Source: an uncultured Acidobacteriota bacterium
GTDB lineage: Bacteria > Acidobacteriota > Terriglobia > Terriglobales > Acidobacteriaceae
Reading direction: 5' to 3'
Assembly (NCBI GenBank): GCA_963771765.1
Contig: CAVYUY010000008.1
Span: 10,890-74,889, forward strand
DNA length: 64,000 nt
A program made the position numbers and the translations under genes. The first letter of the stretch is position 1; each line of letters opens with the position of its first letter. This document shows positions 49,931-60,545 of the stretch, piece after piece. The notes beneath the pieces are model-generated. The model ran no database searches. It saw nothing but the letters and a program-made list of their open reading frames with translations, and had not been told where the DNA came from.

Positions 49931-50647
49931 TTAGTTCGCTCGAAGCGAAGGCGGCAATTGAAAGACAACGCCGCGGTCTTCGTTCTGCTTGCGGGTGACG
50001 TCAAGATCGAGCTCGGTCAGTGGAATTCTGCGGGAATGTCCGGGAGTGAGATCGAACAGAGTCGCCCCGACAATCGCGTAGTTTCCGACCTCCAGTTTGT
50101 GTCCGTCTCGGAAGACCAAGAGCGTCGGATCAGGATCGGAGCTTGGCTCGGGAACTCCGGCGGATACATCCTCCCGCGAATTCGCAGTTACAGGTGGGAC
50201 ATACGAGCGGGATCCTGAACCTCGGCGATCAAAAACTGTAGGGCCTCCCTGGTACTGGGGATCGTTGCCCCCATCGTCGACATAATCCTCAGCGGGTCCG
50301 TTATCGACAGCGTAAGGAACGGGGACGGCATATAGAAAGGGCGTCGTCTCTCCGATGTGCCGGCGGCGATGCTGCGGGTCAATATTATGGGGCGCGCGCG
50401 GAGAGGCCGAAGTTGAAAACTGGGGATGCGGGCTGTATCCGCGAGGACCGAGAGAGGTGACGCTGGATGGAGTTCCGTTTACAGCGCGTCCTCCGAATCC
50501 GGGAGACGTCACGGATGCGGGAGCTCCATTAATTTGGGCGGCGCTGGAAGCCGTGAAAAGCCCCGTCAATAGGACGGTGCCGAGGAAAATGAGCGAGGCC
50601 GAAATCGAACTCCGCACGTCTTCATGATACTCCAAGTGCCCTATCAT
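49931..50647 (-). CDS. Hypothetical secreted protein, paralogue of 49269..49928
   Basis: 238 aa. The C-terminal block LLVFRDGHKLEVGNYAIVGATLFD...IPLTELDLDVTRKQNEDRGVVFQLP aligns with the neighbouring gene. Confidence 0.6.
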   Translation of the reverse strand: MIGHLEYHEDVRSSISASLIFLGTVLLTGLFTASSAAQINGAPASVTSPGFGGRAVNGTPSSVTSLGPRGYSPHPQFSTSASPRAPHNIDPQHRRRHIGETTPFLYAVPVPYAVDNGPAEDYVDDGGNDPQYQGGPTVFDRRGSGSRSYVPPVTANSREDVSAGVPEPSSDPDPTLLVFRDGHKLEVGNYAIVGATLFDLTPGHSRRIPLTELDLDVTRKQNEDRGVVFQLPPSLRAN

Positions 50648-50806
50648 GATGCACCTCTAAAGTAGAACGAGCGCCAATCTTTAGATTGCAGAATTATGCA
50701 CCAAGGTTCAGATTCGGCCGGTGTGGGAGGGCTGCTGCGGGGTACGTATCTCACTGCAAAATAAAGACTTCATCTGAAGTTCATAGAGCTATAATCGATT
50801 TTCGCG

Positions 50807-51580
50807 ATGAGATCCGCTTTCCGCTTTGCCATCCTGGCCTTGGTCCTTGTGATCGTGGCCATGCTATCTGCCCTGACTGCAATGCGATTTGCTATTCACG
50901 GCCAGGAAGTCGCGGTTCCTACTCTTGTGGGGCTTAGTCCGGCAGACGCGGAACGAAATGTCGGGGCGGTTGGACTGCAATTCTCCATTGAGCGCCAATA
51001 CTACAGCCCATCGGTGCCAGAGGGAAAAATCATGTCACAGCTGCCGTTGCCGGGGACGAAGGTGCGTCCGGGATGGCAGATCCGAGTGGCCGAGAGTTTG
51101 GGCCCGACACGAGTGGCGATTCCGGATGTGACCGGTCAGAGCGAGCACGCGGCGGATTTGAACATACGGCGTCGTGGGCTGGAAATTTCTTCGACCGCGC
51201 AAGTGGAGACTGTCGGCATACCGGCGGATCAGGTGCTGGCGCAGAGTCCGCCGGCCAACGCGACGCAGGTGCTAGCTCCAAAAATCAGTTTGCTGGTAAC
51301 CGCCATTCCCGAGCCGCAAGCGTTCGTTATGCCAAGCTTCGTCGGTCAAACGCTGGGAAATGTGAGCAGGATTTTGCTTGATAACGGGTTCAAACTTGGA
51401 AATGTAAGCGTGGCAATTCCGCAAACATTGCCCACCTCAACGGATGCGAGCAACCCAGCTTCGAACGCTTTTGCCGCAATCCCGGCGCAGCCCACCCCGG
51501 CCAGCATCATCGTTTCCCAGTCTCCTGCCGCGGGCCAGAAGATGTTTGCGGGCGCCTCCGTCAGCTTCGAAGTTCGCTAG
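50807..51580 (+). CDS. Membrane-anchored PASTA-domain protein (three PASTA repeats, no kinase or PBP domain)
   Basis: An N-terminal TM span, then three units of the type VP.L.G.....A...L...GL......(Y/V).S..V..G.V..Q.P..G. Confidence 0.8.
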   Translation: MRSAFRFAILALVLVIVAMLSALTAMRFAIHGQEVAVPTLVGLSPADAERNVGAVGLQFSIERQYYSPSVPEGKIMSQLPLPGTKVRPGWQIRVAESLGPTRVAIPDVTGQSEHAADLNIRRRGLEISSTAQVETVGIPADQVLAQSPPANATQVLAPKISLLVTAIPEPQAFVMPSFVGQTLGNVSRILLDNGFKLGNVSVAIPQTLPTSTDASNPASNAFAAIPAQPTPASIIVSQSPAAGQKMFAGASVSFEVR

Positions 51581-51591
51581 CTCATCTGGCT

Positions 51592-52956
51592 TCAAACGCG
51601 CTCGAGAATCGCAGCAAAAAAACCATCGCAGGGATGCACTCCCGGAACGGTGCGCAGGTACGGACCCCGAACCAGGGAGGCCACGTCAGACCAGATCAGT
51701 TCTCCGTCGGCCTTCAGTTGATCCAGAGCCGTTCTGCAGTCGATCAATCGAGAACCACGATCGCCAGCCAAGAACGCTTCGATGACGTTTTCGTTCTCCT
51801 CGACTTCCATCGAACACGTTGAATAGATCAATTTTCCGGCCGGTGCAAGCTGGCTCATCGCTGCGCGAAGGATATCGACTTGGAGCCGATGCAACCCGGA
51901 CAGGTCATCGGATTTCAACCGCCATTTGATTTCCGGATTACGCGCGAGCGTACCGGTGCCGGAACAAGGAACATCTGCGAGAACACGATCGAAGGGCGTT
52001 GAAAATGGAAGGCGGCGAGCGTCCGCCACTGCGATTTGAATGCGATCGGACGAACCCGCAGGGAACTGCAAAAGGCATTTCATCAGGCGCGCTCGATGCG
52101 AATGAATTTCCGTTGCAGTGATTCCGCAGTGTGGATTTCTGTCGGCGATGGCTAACGTCTTGCCACCGGGGGCGGCGCAGCAATCGAGGAGACGAAGGCT
52201 GCCGGATTCTGTGGTCCGTCCGAGGAGGGCGGCAACAAGCTGCGAGGCTTCGTCCTGGATGACGGCTTGTCCGCTGCGGAACGTTTTGCTTCCTGGAACG
52301 TCACCGCTCTGAACCCGGCGGGCTGAAGAAACAATCGAACCGCCTGCCAGCGTCACTCCCTCGCCAGCAAGGTTCTCATCCGCTTGGGGAGAGCGCAGAC
52401 GAATGCTGGTCGAAGGGATCGACTGGTTGTACTCGCAAATAGCGCGAACTGCTGCGAGGCCATATTGCGCGGCCCAGCGCTCAACCAGCCATAGCGGGTG
52501 GGAGAAAGTGTCGGCGAGAAGTGGGGCTGAGAGTTGGACGACATCCGAGATCTCGCGGCGATCAACGGCCGCCAGCGAGAGTTTACGCAAAACCGCATTC
52601 ACAAACGGAGCGGCCGAACGCTTTCGGGCGCGTTTCACAAGTTCGACGCTTTCGTGAAGCGCGGCTCGAACCGGAACTCGATTCAGCCAGCGGAATTGAT
52701 ACAACGCAAGCCGCAAAGCAATCAGAATCTCGAGGTCGAGTTTCGCAAGCGGCTGGGACGATGCGGTGGCGAGTTCGCGATCAAGAGTTGAACGCCAGCG
52801 AAGAACTCCCATCACGAGTTCTGTGGTTAGAGCGTGATCAGCCTTGGATAGCGATCGACTGGAATCCCCGTGCAACAGCTCCGAGGCATACGAACGCTCG
52901 CGCTCGATTCGGAGCAGGATTTCGAAGGCAGCCATTCGAGCGGGTGTAACAGGCAT
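51592..52956 (-). CDS. rsmB: 16S rRNA (cytosine967-C5)-methyltransferase RsmB
   Basis: 454 aa with an N-terminal NusB-like domain, the SAM motif LLDCCAAPGGKT, and the catalytic motifs DVPCSGTGT and IYSTCS. Confidence 0.9.
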   Translation of the reverse strand: MPVTPARMAAFEILLRIERERSYASELLHGDSSRSLSKADHALTTELVMGVLRWRSTLDRELATASSQPLAKLDLEILIALRLALYQFRWLNRVPVRAALHESVELVKRARKRSAAPFVNAVLRKLSLAAVDRREISDVVQLSAPLLADTFSHPLWLVERWAAQYGLAAVRAICEYNQSIPSTSIRLRSPQADENLAGEGVTLAGGSIVSSARRVQSGDVPGSKTFRSGQAVIQDEASQLVAALLGRTTESGSLRLLDCCAAPGGKTLAIADRNPHCGITATEIHSHRARLMKCLLQFPAGSSDRIQIAVADARRLPFSTPFDRVLADVPCSGTGTLARNPEIKWRLKSDDLSGLHRLQVDILRAAMSQLAPAGKLIYSTCSMEVEENENVIEAFLAGDRGSRLIDCRTALDQLKADGELIWSDVASLVRGPYLRTVPGVHPCDGFFAAILERV

Positions 52957-53007
52957 GATTGGAATTGTAGGCTTGGATTGTCGGTTGTCTGGGAGGGCGA
53001 GCCGAGG

Positions 53008-53946
53008 TTAGCCAAGCTTTTCGCCCGGAACCGGACGATATCCCTGGATGAAATCGCGTGCGGTGGTGCGCTTCTTCCCTTCTAACTGGAGTTCCAGCAG
53101 CTCGAGAACAGTTCGTTCGCCGCAGCCTACTAACAGGCGAGCGGCACTGACTTCGAGTTCCGAGGGCGCAAACGATCCGCCAGTGATGACCTCGCGAGCT
53201 TTCGCAATCTGGAGAGCTTTTCCGCGAAACAGGGTTCGGACGCCGGGCCAAGGCTTGAATCCACGAATTCGATTTACGATCTCGCTCGCGGACCAATTGA
53301 AATTGACGACGCCATCTTCCTTTTTGAGGATTGGGGCGAGGCTCGATTGCGAGTTGTCTTGTGGCCGCGCGGTGATCGTCCCCGCTTGCAACTGCTGAAG
53401 TGTCTCAACCAGAAGGCTGGCGCCCATGATAGCCAAAGGAGGACCAATTGTTTCGGCAGTGTCCTCCGGCGAGATGGATAGTTCTTGCTGCAACAGGATA
53501 TCGCCCGTGTCGAGGCCTGCGTCGATACGCATGGTCGTATTGCCCGTTATGGTTTCGCCTTTGGCGATGGCCCACTGAATGGGAGCTGCGCCTCGATACT
53601 TGGGAAGCAGCGAAGCATGGAGGTTGATGTTGCCGAGCGGAGGCAGGTCGAGCATCCATTGAGGAATGATCCGGCCGTACCCGACGACGATAATGGCCGC
53701 GGGCTTAACGTCCGTGAGCTGCGCCCGAAATTCCTCGTTCGTCTTGATGCGTTCTGGCTGAATGACAGGAAGTTGCAGGGCAATGGCGGACTGCTTGACG
53801 GGAGAAGCAACGAGGTCGAGGCCGCGTCCCTTCGGGCGATCAGGCTGGGTGACAACCAGGCGAACGTGAAATCCTGATGAAACCAGTTTTTCCAGCGTCG
53901 GGACGGCGAAGGAAGGCGTTCCGCAAAAGATGAGATCCAAAGACAT
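53008..53946 (-). CDS. fmt: Methionyl-tRNA formyltransferase
   Basis: 312 aa with LIFCGTPSFAVPTL, NLHASLLPKYRGAAPIQWAI and the C-terminal OB-like domain. Confidence 0.95.
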   Translation of the reverse strand: MSLDLIFCGTPSFAVPTLEKLVSSGFHVRLVVTQPDRPKGRGLDLVASPVKQSAIALQLPVIQPERIKTNEEFRAQLTDVKPAAIIVVGYGRIIPQWMLDLPPLGNINLHASLLPKYRGAAPIQWAIAKGETITGNTTMRIDAGLDTGDILLQQELSISPEDTAETIGPPLAIMGASLLVETLQQLQAGTITARPQDNSQSSLAPILKKEDGVVNFNWSASEIVNRIRGFKPWPGVRTLFRGKALQIAKAREVITGGSFAPSELEVSAARLLVGCGERTVLELLELQLEGKKRTTARDFIQGYRPVPGEKLG

Positions 53947-54023
53947 TTTGTAATTTGGTAATTCCTTGATCGGGCGTTTGAAATCTCAGAGCGAAAATTA
54001 CCAAATTCTGGAATTCCAAAGTT

Positions 54024-54533
54024 CTACCACTCGCCGGCTTTCATCAGCTTTCGAATCTTGCGCTTCATCAAATCCCGTTTGAGGGCGCTGAGGTGGCTAA
54101 TGTAGAGCTTGCCATTCAGATGATCGGTCTCATGTAGAAATGCGCGGGCGAGAAGTTCTTCGCCAGTTTTCTCGAAGACCTTCCCGTGAGCATCCTGCGC
54201 TCGCACCGTTACTTTATTGGGACGGCTGACATTTTCACGAAAATCCGGAATGCTCAGGCAACCTTCACTTTGGGTGTGCCGGCCCTCGGTATGAATGATC
54301 TCGGGATTGATGAGGACGATCTTTGCGTCGGGATCTTCTTTAAACGTAACGTCGACGACGGCAATCCGACGACCGATGCCGATCTGCGGCGCGGCGAGGC
54401 CGACGCCGTGGGCGGCATACATCGACTCAAACATGTCATCCAGGAGCTTTCGCAAGTCGTCGTCGAAGACGTTCACGGTCTCGGACGGCTTTTCGAGAAC
54501 TGGGTTTCCAAACTTAACGATGGGATAGATCAT
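54024..54533 (-). CDS. def: Peptide deformylase
   Basis: 169 aa with the three PDF motifs GVGLAAPQIG, EGCLS and HETDHLNG. Confidence 0.95.
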   Translation of the reverse strand: MIYPIVKFGNPVLEKPSETVNVFDDDLRKLLDDMFESMYAAHGVGLAAPQIGIGRRIAVVDVTFKEDPDAKIVLINPEIIHTEGRHTQSEGCLSIPDFRENVSRPNKVTVRAQDAHGKVFEKTGEELLARAFLHETDHLNGKLYISHLSALKRDLMKRKIRKLMKAGEW

Positions 54534-55707
54534 TTAGAAGTTCTTGATTTGGTGGCAGTAGCCTTGGAAATTTCTCACTGATTCGGCCAAAGAGTCGCCA
54601 CCGAATTTATCCAGTGCACACCGTGCGAGCGTCAATGCGACCATGGCTTCGGCCGCAACGCCCGCAGCTGGAACGACACAAACGTCGGACCGCTCATAGG
54701 CGGCTTTGACCGGTTCGCGAGTCGAAAAATCCACCGACTGCAAGGGACGGCGCAAGGTTGAAATCGGCTTGAGATATCCTCTCACGCGGATTTCTTCGCC
54801 GTTTGAAATGCCACCCTCGATCCCTCCAGCATTATTGCGTGTTCGGGAAAAGGCTGTGAAGCCGGAAGTCGCGGCGTAACCAATTTCGTCATGGACCAGG
54901 GATCCCGGGCTGAACGCCGACGCGACACCGGAACCGATCTCTACCGCCTTCACGGCCTGAAGAGACATCACGGCACCGGCGAGCATCCCGTCGAGACGTT
55001 CGTCCCATTGCGCGTATGTTCCCAAGCCGGGCGGAACATTGTGAGCGACAACCTCAAATACGCCGCCGAGGGAGTCTCCGGTCTTCAGGACCTTGTCGAC
55101 CTCCTCTTTCATGCGGAGTTCCAGTTCCTCGTCGGCGCAATTCAGAAGAACTTCCTCGCGGTCGTAAAGGGCCTTCACTTTTTCCCAAGGTACCTGTTCC
55201 GACAAGGTGACGGCGCCGGTGGTGACAACGTGGCTCAAAACCTCGATCCCGAGGGCTCGCAAATACAATTTTGCGATCGCGCCGATGGCTACGCGCGCAG
55301 CAGATTCGCGGGCGGACGCTCGTTCGAGGACATAACGGGCCTCAGGGAAAATTGAACTTTAGGGCTCCCGCGAGGTCCGCATGGCCGGGGCGAGGAGATG
55401 CGACCCGCTTGTGCTTTTCAGGGTCGCCGGCTTCGACCGGAAGAGATTGCTGCCAATTCTTCCAGTCACGGTTTTCCAGTTGCATCGAGATCGGGGAGCC
55501 GATGGTTTTGCCGTGGCGCACGCCCGAGAGGATATGGGCGGTATCGCGCTCAATCTTCATGCGACCGCCGCGACCGTATCCCTGCTGGCGGCGCCAGAGT
55601 TCGCGGTCGACGAATGCCTGGTCGATCTCGAGTCCGGCAGGCATGCCGGAGAGGAAGGCTACCAAGGCTTCGCCGTGGGATTCCCCTGCTGTGAAGTAGC
55701 GCAACAT
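54534..55707 (-). CDS. aroC: Chorismate synthase; one frameshift
   Basis: 55342..55707 ([16 protein letters not shown]...[14 protein letters not shown]) and 54534..55268. They join as [30 protein letters not shown] if one base at ~55344 is dropped. Confidence 0.9.
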
Positions 55708-55950
55708 TTAAATTTTTGATTGTACCTGATGGAGTGTGGTGTAGGATTGTCGGCTCGGAATCGGGCACCTGCCGCCTGGAGTCGAAAATAGGCCAGGAAC
55801 GCCGAATTTGGGCCTTGCCAACGGGTCCAGCGGGTACAATTGAAGGTAAGTGCTTCGATAGTCCGGCATCCGGTGGGAGGATGCGTCGTAAATCAGCTTT
55901 GGGGCCCCCGACTAGGAGGATTTCTGTCTCCGCACATACAGCTCCGCGAG

Positions 55951-56600
55951 GATAAGAAGATCCGTTGCGTGGTGGTGCACGATCACGTGCTCCTACGCCA
56001 AGGTGTGCGCCGCTTACTCGAAGATGAGGGGGACATCGAGGTCGTCGCGGAGGCCGATAATGCGGCCGAAGGATTGCGGAAGACATTCGAGCATCGGCCG
56101 CAGGTGGTGATCGCGGATGTCCATGTTTTTGAATGTGATCCGGAGCAGTCGGAACAGCTTGTGATGCGGGAATCTCCGACGAGCAAGGTATTGTTTTTGA
56201 CCGCTGATTCGAGCGAAGGATCCACGGGCGAACCGCATCGGAAGCCTTCGGGCCACACTAACAGCCAAACTTCGGCGGCCGAGTTGGCGGCGATGGTCAG
56301 GCATGCGCGCAACGCGAAGTCCCGCTTCGCCATGAATTGAGACGACGACATCCGGCAGAATGGCCCGCAGAAGAAGTTCTGCCTCGGCAGCGCGTTTTGA
56401 CAGTTCGCGAGCGGCAAGTGCTGAAATTGTTGGCGGAAGGGCGAACAGTCCGGTCGGCGGCCAGCATACTAGGGCTGAGCGTGAAGACTGTGGACGCCCA
56501 CAAGTTCAATCTCATGCGGAAGCTGGGGATCCATAACAAGGCGGAACTGGTGATGTGGGCGATCCAGAAGAGGGTCGTGAAGCTGCCGGTGAACTTGTAG
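55951..56600 (+). pseudogene. NarL/FixJ-type response regulator (receiver plus LuxR HTH); start unresolved and at least 1 frame lesion
   Basis: The receiver-like part is KIRCVVVHDHVLLRQGVRRLLEDEGDIEVVAEADN...VVIADVHV...KVLFLTAD (frame of 55840..56340). The LuxR HTH is LTVRERQVLKLLAEGRTVRSAASILGLSVKTVDAHKFNLMRKLG (56337..56600). Confidence 0.7.
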
Positions 56601-56646
56601 GGACCGTTTCGAATCCAAGATCTCTTCCTGCAGTAGACCCCGACAT

Positions 56647-57366
56647 CTAACTTCTGTTTCGTTCGTCATCAGGAACGAAGGGCTGCGCTGCCAATTCCTC
56701 GAGGCTTGAGACTGTCAGATCGGGCTTTGCGTTTGCGGATTTTACGGCTCCGATACCGGGACGGTGAGAAGGGCGATTGACCCAGACGGTCGTGATCCCC
56801 AGCGACTGGGCGGGAATGACATCGTGATAGATGCTCTGTCCAACGTGCAGAATGCGATCTGGAGGTAGGTGTAAGCGGCTCATCATGAGGTCGAAAACCT
56901 TGCGCGATGGTTTGTATGCCTGGGCCTGCTGCGCGGTCACGATCTCATCGAAAACGACGCCGAGTTGAGGGAGCGTGGCTTCGAACAAGTCGTCATCAAT
57001 GTTCGATAAAATCGCGAGACGGAAGCGGCTTTTCAGTTGGCGAAGCGCAACGACTGTGTCGGCCCAAGGCTTCCAGTCGGGCAGAGATTCCGGCAAAGAC
57101 CGGGCTTCCTCAGCCGTAGGATCGAATCCGAATCGGCCTCCCAGCTGGCGCACCACAGAGGCCAGGACTTCGCGGTAGGGCATGTACGCACCCTGCTCCG
57201 AGAGCTGTTCAAAATCGCCATAGAGTTCAAGCAGGGTCGCGTCATCGACGTTCTTACCATGGGCCGAGAGAACTCGACGCAGCACCGGAAGAATTCCGGA
57301 TTCCCAATCGATCAACGTTCCGTAGCAGTCGAACGTAAGGACTTCAAACCGATCAAAGTGGATCAT
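56647..57366 (-). CDS. HAD-superfamily hydrolase (haloacid dehalogenase type II-like)
   Basis: 239 aa with motif [13 protein letters not shown], motif II ILSN, and motif III/IV K......HVGQSIYHD. Confidence 0.8.
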   Translation of the reverse strand: MIHFDRFEVLTFDCYGTLIDWESGILPVLRRVLSAHGKNVDDATLLELYGDFEQLSEQGAYMPYREVLASVVRQLGGRFGFDPTAEEARSLPESLPDWKPWADTVVALRQLKSRFRLAILSNIDDDLFEATLPQLGVVFDEIVTAQQAQAYKPSRKVFDLMMSRLHLPPDRILHVGQSIYHDVIPAQSLGITTVWVNRPSHRPGIGAVKSANAKPDLTVSSLEELAAQPFVPDDERNRS

Positions 57367-57490
57367 GCGGGAGCCGTTCCCTTCCGGTTGGCAATCTTTT
57401 TCGCGGCACCGAAATGAAGAAGGCGAACTCTGGCTTCATCTTCCCAGCCAAAGATCGCCTCCTGGTAATGCCCTCTGACAACTTGGACGG

Positions 57491-58226
57491 CTACTGCTTC
57501 ACGGTGAACGACTGTGAGAGCACGAATGTAAGGGCCGACTCCGCAGGCAGAACAATGTCTTTGTTGCCAGTGAACGCTGCGCCCCCGGCTCCAGCGCCAC
57601 CGCCGGCTGCCAGACCGATCGCCGCGCCTTTTCCACCACCAGCGAGAGCGCCGATGATTCCGCCGAGAGCCGCCCCTCCGCCGGCGATTACAGCCGTACG
57701 CTTGCCTTTGCCTTTAGCCGAAAACGTACGGACGGCAACCTGAACTGGAAGGTCGACACCTTTGAGAGTGATCGTATCGAGGCGAACGCCAAGTTCCGCG
57801 CCGCCAGCGAATTTGCCGAGAGGCTTCGCGTCAGTCACGGTGCCACTCACTGTTGCTCCCTTGGGAATTGCCGGGACGCCTCCGACTAAGACCTCTTTGG
57901 CAACACTTCCCGAGAACGTTTGCCCTGCCTGGCTTACCTTCGAACCGATCGCAGATCCGAGGCTCACGGTAATCGAGGTACCGGAAGGCACAACCAACGG
58001 CTCCTTCTTCACTTCTTTCATTGCCGTCATTGCGGTGGACGGTTTGTCGTCCAGGGGACATGGTCCCGCTGCTCGCGGTTCCAGAAGCGCCGGGCGCAGC
58101 CGCACCTTGGGCATCGCTGGCGGTGCTGGGATTCGAGCCGGTAGCGCTGTCTGTTTTCTTATTGCAACCGACGATCGCAAAAACCAAATAGAGGACGAGA
58201 GTGGAGAGAATCAGGCGTGAGCGCAT
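57491..58226 (-). CDS. Lipoprotein with a C-terminal glycine-zipper segment; one frameshift
   Basis: The lipobox LVFAIVGC is in ORF 57831..58226. The body is in 57491..58180, ending [41 protein letters not shown]. The junction is near 58060. Confidence 0.6.
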
Positions 58227-58340
58227 TGTAGGCCTCCGTAACAGGGTTCCATTCTATGGACGTGAGAGGGTGAACGGCAATCGAAACGAGTATAGGGCAG
58301 CGCTGCCGTTTCGCCCCCACACGCAAAATGGCGAACCGTC

Positions 58341-59244
58341 CTAACGTCGGCAATCGCTACCTTTTGCTTTGGGGTTGCCCACGCTTGGAAGATGCGGCGG
58401 GGACCGAATACCGACCGTAATATTACCGGCGCGCTGGTTGGAATAAGAGGGGGACGCATCGACCCTCCCCCTCCTCCCATTGCGGCCTACCGCCAATGAC
58501 CGCACTCCGCCTATTGCCGATCCTATTGGAGGTGATAGACCATTTACATTGACCCGCTCCAGTTTTCCAACCGATGTAAGTGCTCTTTGAAGTGCCTCCA
58601 TAAAAGGGCGCTCAGACTCAGGTCCACGGATGGCTACGCGCCACTCAAATCCACCGGAAACAATCTTGTTGGCCTGCCATCTCCAACTGGCGTTCCTGTT
58701 CGCGCGTGGATAGCTAGGATTATCTGGCACGCAAGCGCCGTTCCCTCGCCGTCCATTCCATACGATTCAACAGTGACGATGGAATGACCCAGAATTTCTT
58801 GAGCGCTTCACCAATGTCGAGTTGTTGTTTCGGACTGAGGGTTCGGGGGCTAAGCGCCGCCACCTCTCCCTCCAGCGTTCTGATTATGGTTTGGGCTTGC
58901 GCAACTGCTTGCCTAGAGGCAATCGCCATGCCATTGGCATCTCCAACTTGCTGGGTCACAAGCACAATCAACTGGTCGCTCTCGCCACGCAATTCCTCAG
59001 TCTTGATTCGCAGTTGGCCATTGATATGCGAAACCCAGAGACCAACGCCTAGCTCACCTAAAATACCGATGGTCACGAGCAGTATGCTTACTATCTCTAG
59101 GCCCAATTTTCGCAGGGACGGTTTATTGGGAATTAGCTTGCATAAATGCCACCCTTCTATCTCTTCGTTGTGGTCTTCTTGGAGTACAAGGATTTCCATC
59201 ATCACGCCAACCGCGACAAGCAGCGTGAAGCCAGCTAAGCACAA
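58341..59244 (-). pseudogene. Hypothetical membrane-anchored coiled-coil protein in a lower-GC islet, at least 2 frame lesions
   Basis: 58720..59244 carries TM spans plus the coiled coil QLRIKTEELRGESDQL... The text continues in other frames as GHSIVTVESYGMDGEGTALACQIILAIHARTG and ANKIVSGGFEWRVAIRGPESERPFMEALQRAL (58341..58730). Confidence 0.4.
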
Positions 59245-59415
59245 TCTGGAGACCTAGACGAGCTCTCAAGAGTCGCGATTTCTCTCTCCAGCACCGATAT
59301 AGAACTTTGCAAAGCTGAAACATCGTTGGGTAGGTTGTAGAAAATTGAAATCAAATGGCACCACTACGAAGTATAGCGGCTGGTGGAGAGAACACTCGAT
59401 GAAATGAGGCCTCGA

Positions 59416-60505
59416 CTAGCGGCGAGGCTCAATTTCCGGCAAGGTGGGGACGCTTTCGGATGAATCTTCCGAAGCGGCTTCGACGGCATCTTCTGAAGCG
59501 GCAGAACTTGAAGTTGCAGGCTGCTCCACCGGCTTTTTGGGAGACAGAAACTTTTCGCTGTTCAGGAGCGGCCTGCCCAGTGACGGGTTGTAGCTGGTCC
59601 ACGCTCCTTCAAGACTCGCCTCGCGCTCGAACTGAGCGCGCATCGCCTCCATCTTGGAATCCAGATCATCGAGATAGTGCAGCATCAGCGCTTCCGGAAA
59701 CATCGGAAGCTTCGGAGAGCCAAATTCATACTGGCCGTGGTGGCTGATGATGAGGTGCTCGACCAATATTTTAAGTTCGTCGGGAAAGCCTGGAAGAAGG
59801 GCAAGCTTAGCCTGCAACATTTCCAACTCGATGATCATGTGCCCGAGCAACTGGCCCTTGGTGGTGTATGAAAATGAACGGTTATAGGTCAGTTCGTGAA
59901 TTTTCCCGATGTCGTGGAAGAAGGCACCCGTCAGAAGCACATCCCGGTTGATCTGGGGATAGTTCTTGCACATCAAGTCGCAAGACCGGAATAGGGATAC
60001 GACATGATCGAGCAGTCCACCGATGTACGCGTGGTGCAGGGTCTTGGCCGCCGGGGCGTTGCGATAAGCGGCTGCAATCTCGGGATCGGCCATGAACGAT
60101 TGCACTAAGGCTTTCAGGTGGGGGTTCTGGAAAGTGTTCACAAAGACGCGTAAGCGTCTGCCAAAGGCCTTCTACATCTTTCGTAGTCTTGGGAAGGTAG
60201 TCGGAATAGTCGATTTCTGAATCGCCCAACTTCCGCAGCTTGTGAATCGTGAGCTGAAATCGCTGCTTATATTTATTGACCAACCCTTTGATCTTGAGAA
60301 AGTCATCCTGCTCGAAAGCATCAAGGACTTCTTCCACGTTGTCCCACATTTTGGCTTCGAGTTGGCCGCTGCGATCGCCGACGGTCAACGCGAGATAGGG
60401 CTCACCAGTCTTTTTGGGCTTGATCTGCTTGGAAACGACCACGAATGAGGAGGTGACAATCTTGTTCTCGTGGCGAACGCAGTCACAGATATAGAAATCT
60501 TTCAT
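59416..60505 (-). CDS. OB-fold plus HD-domain 3'-5' exoribonuclease, YhaM-like; one frameshift
   Basis: The N-terminal OB part MKDFYICDCVRHENKIVTSSFVV...GEPYLALTVGDRSGQLEAKMWD lies in the tail of track ORF 59882..61696. The HD part is 59416..60141 (HHAYIGGLLDHV...FFHDIGK...ISHHG). The lesion is near 60145. Confidence 0.8.
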
Positions 60506-60545
60506 GGGCGGGTCTGAGTATAAAGGAAAGCGCGAGTACTGAAGG

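Noticed and set aside
57414-57743. Ala/Pro-rich 109-aa plus-strand ORF
   Set aside because: It is the mirror image of the Gly-rich glycine-zipper segment of the minus-strand lipoprotein.
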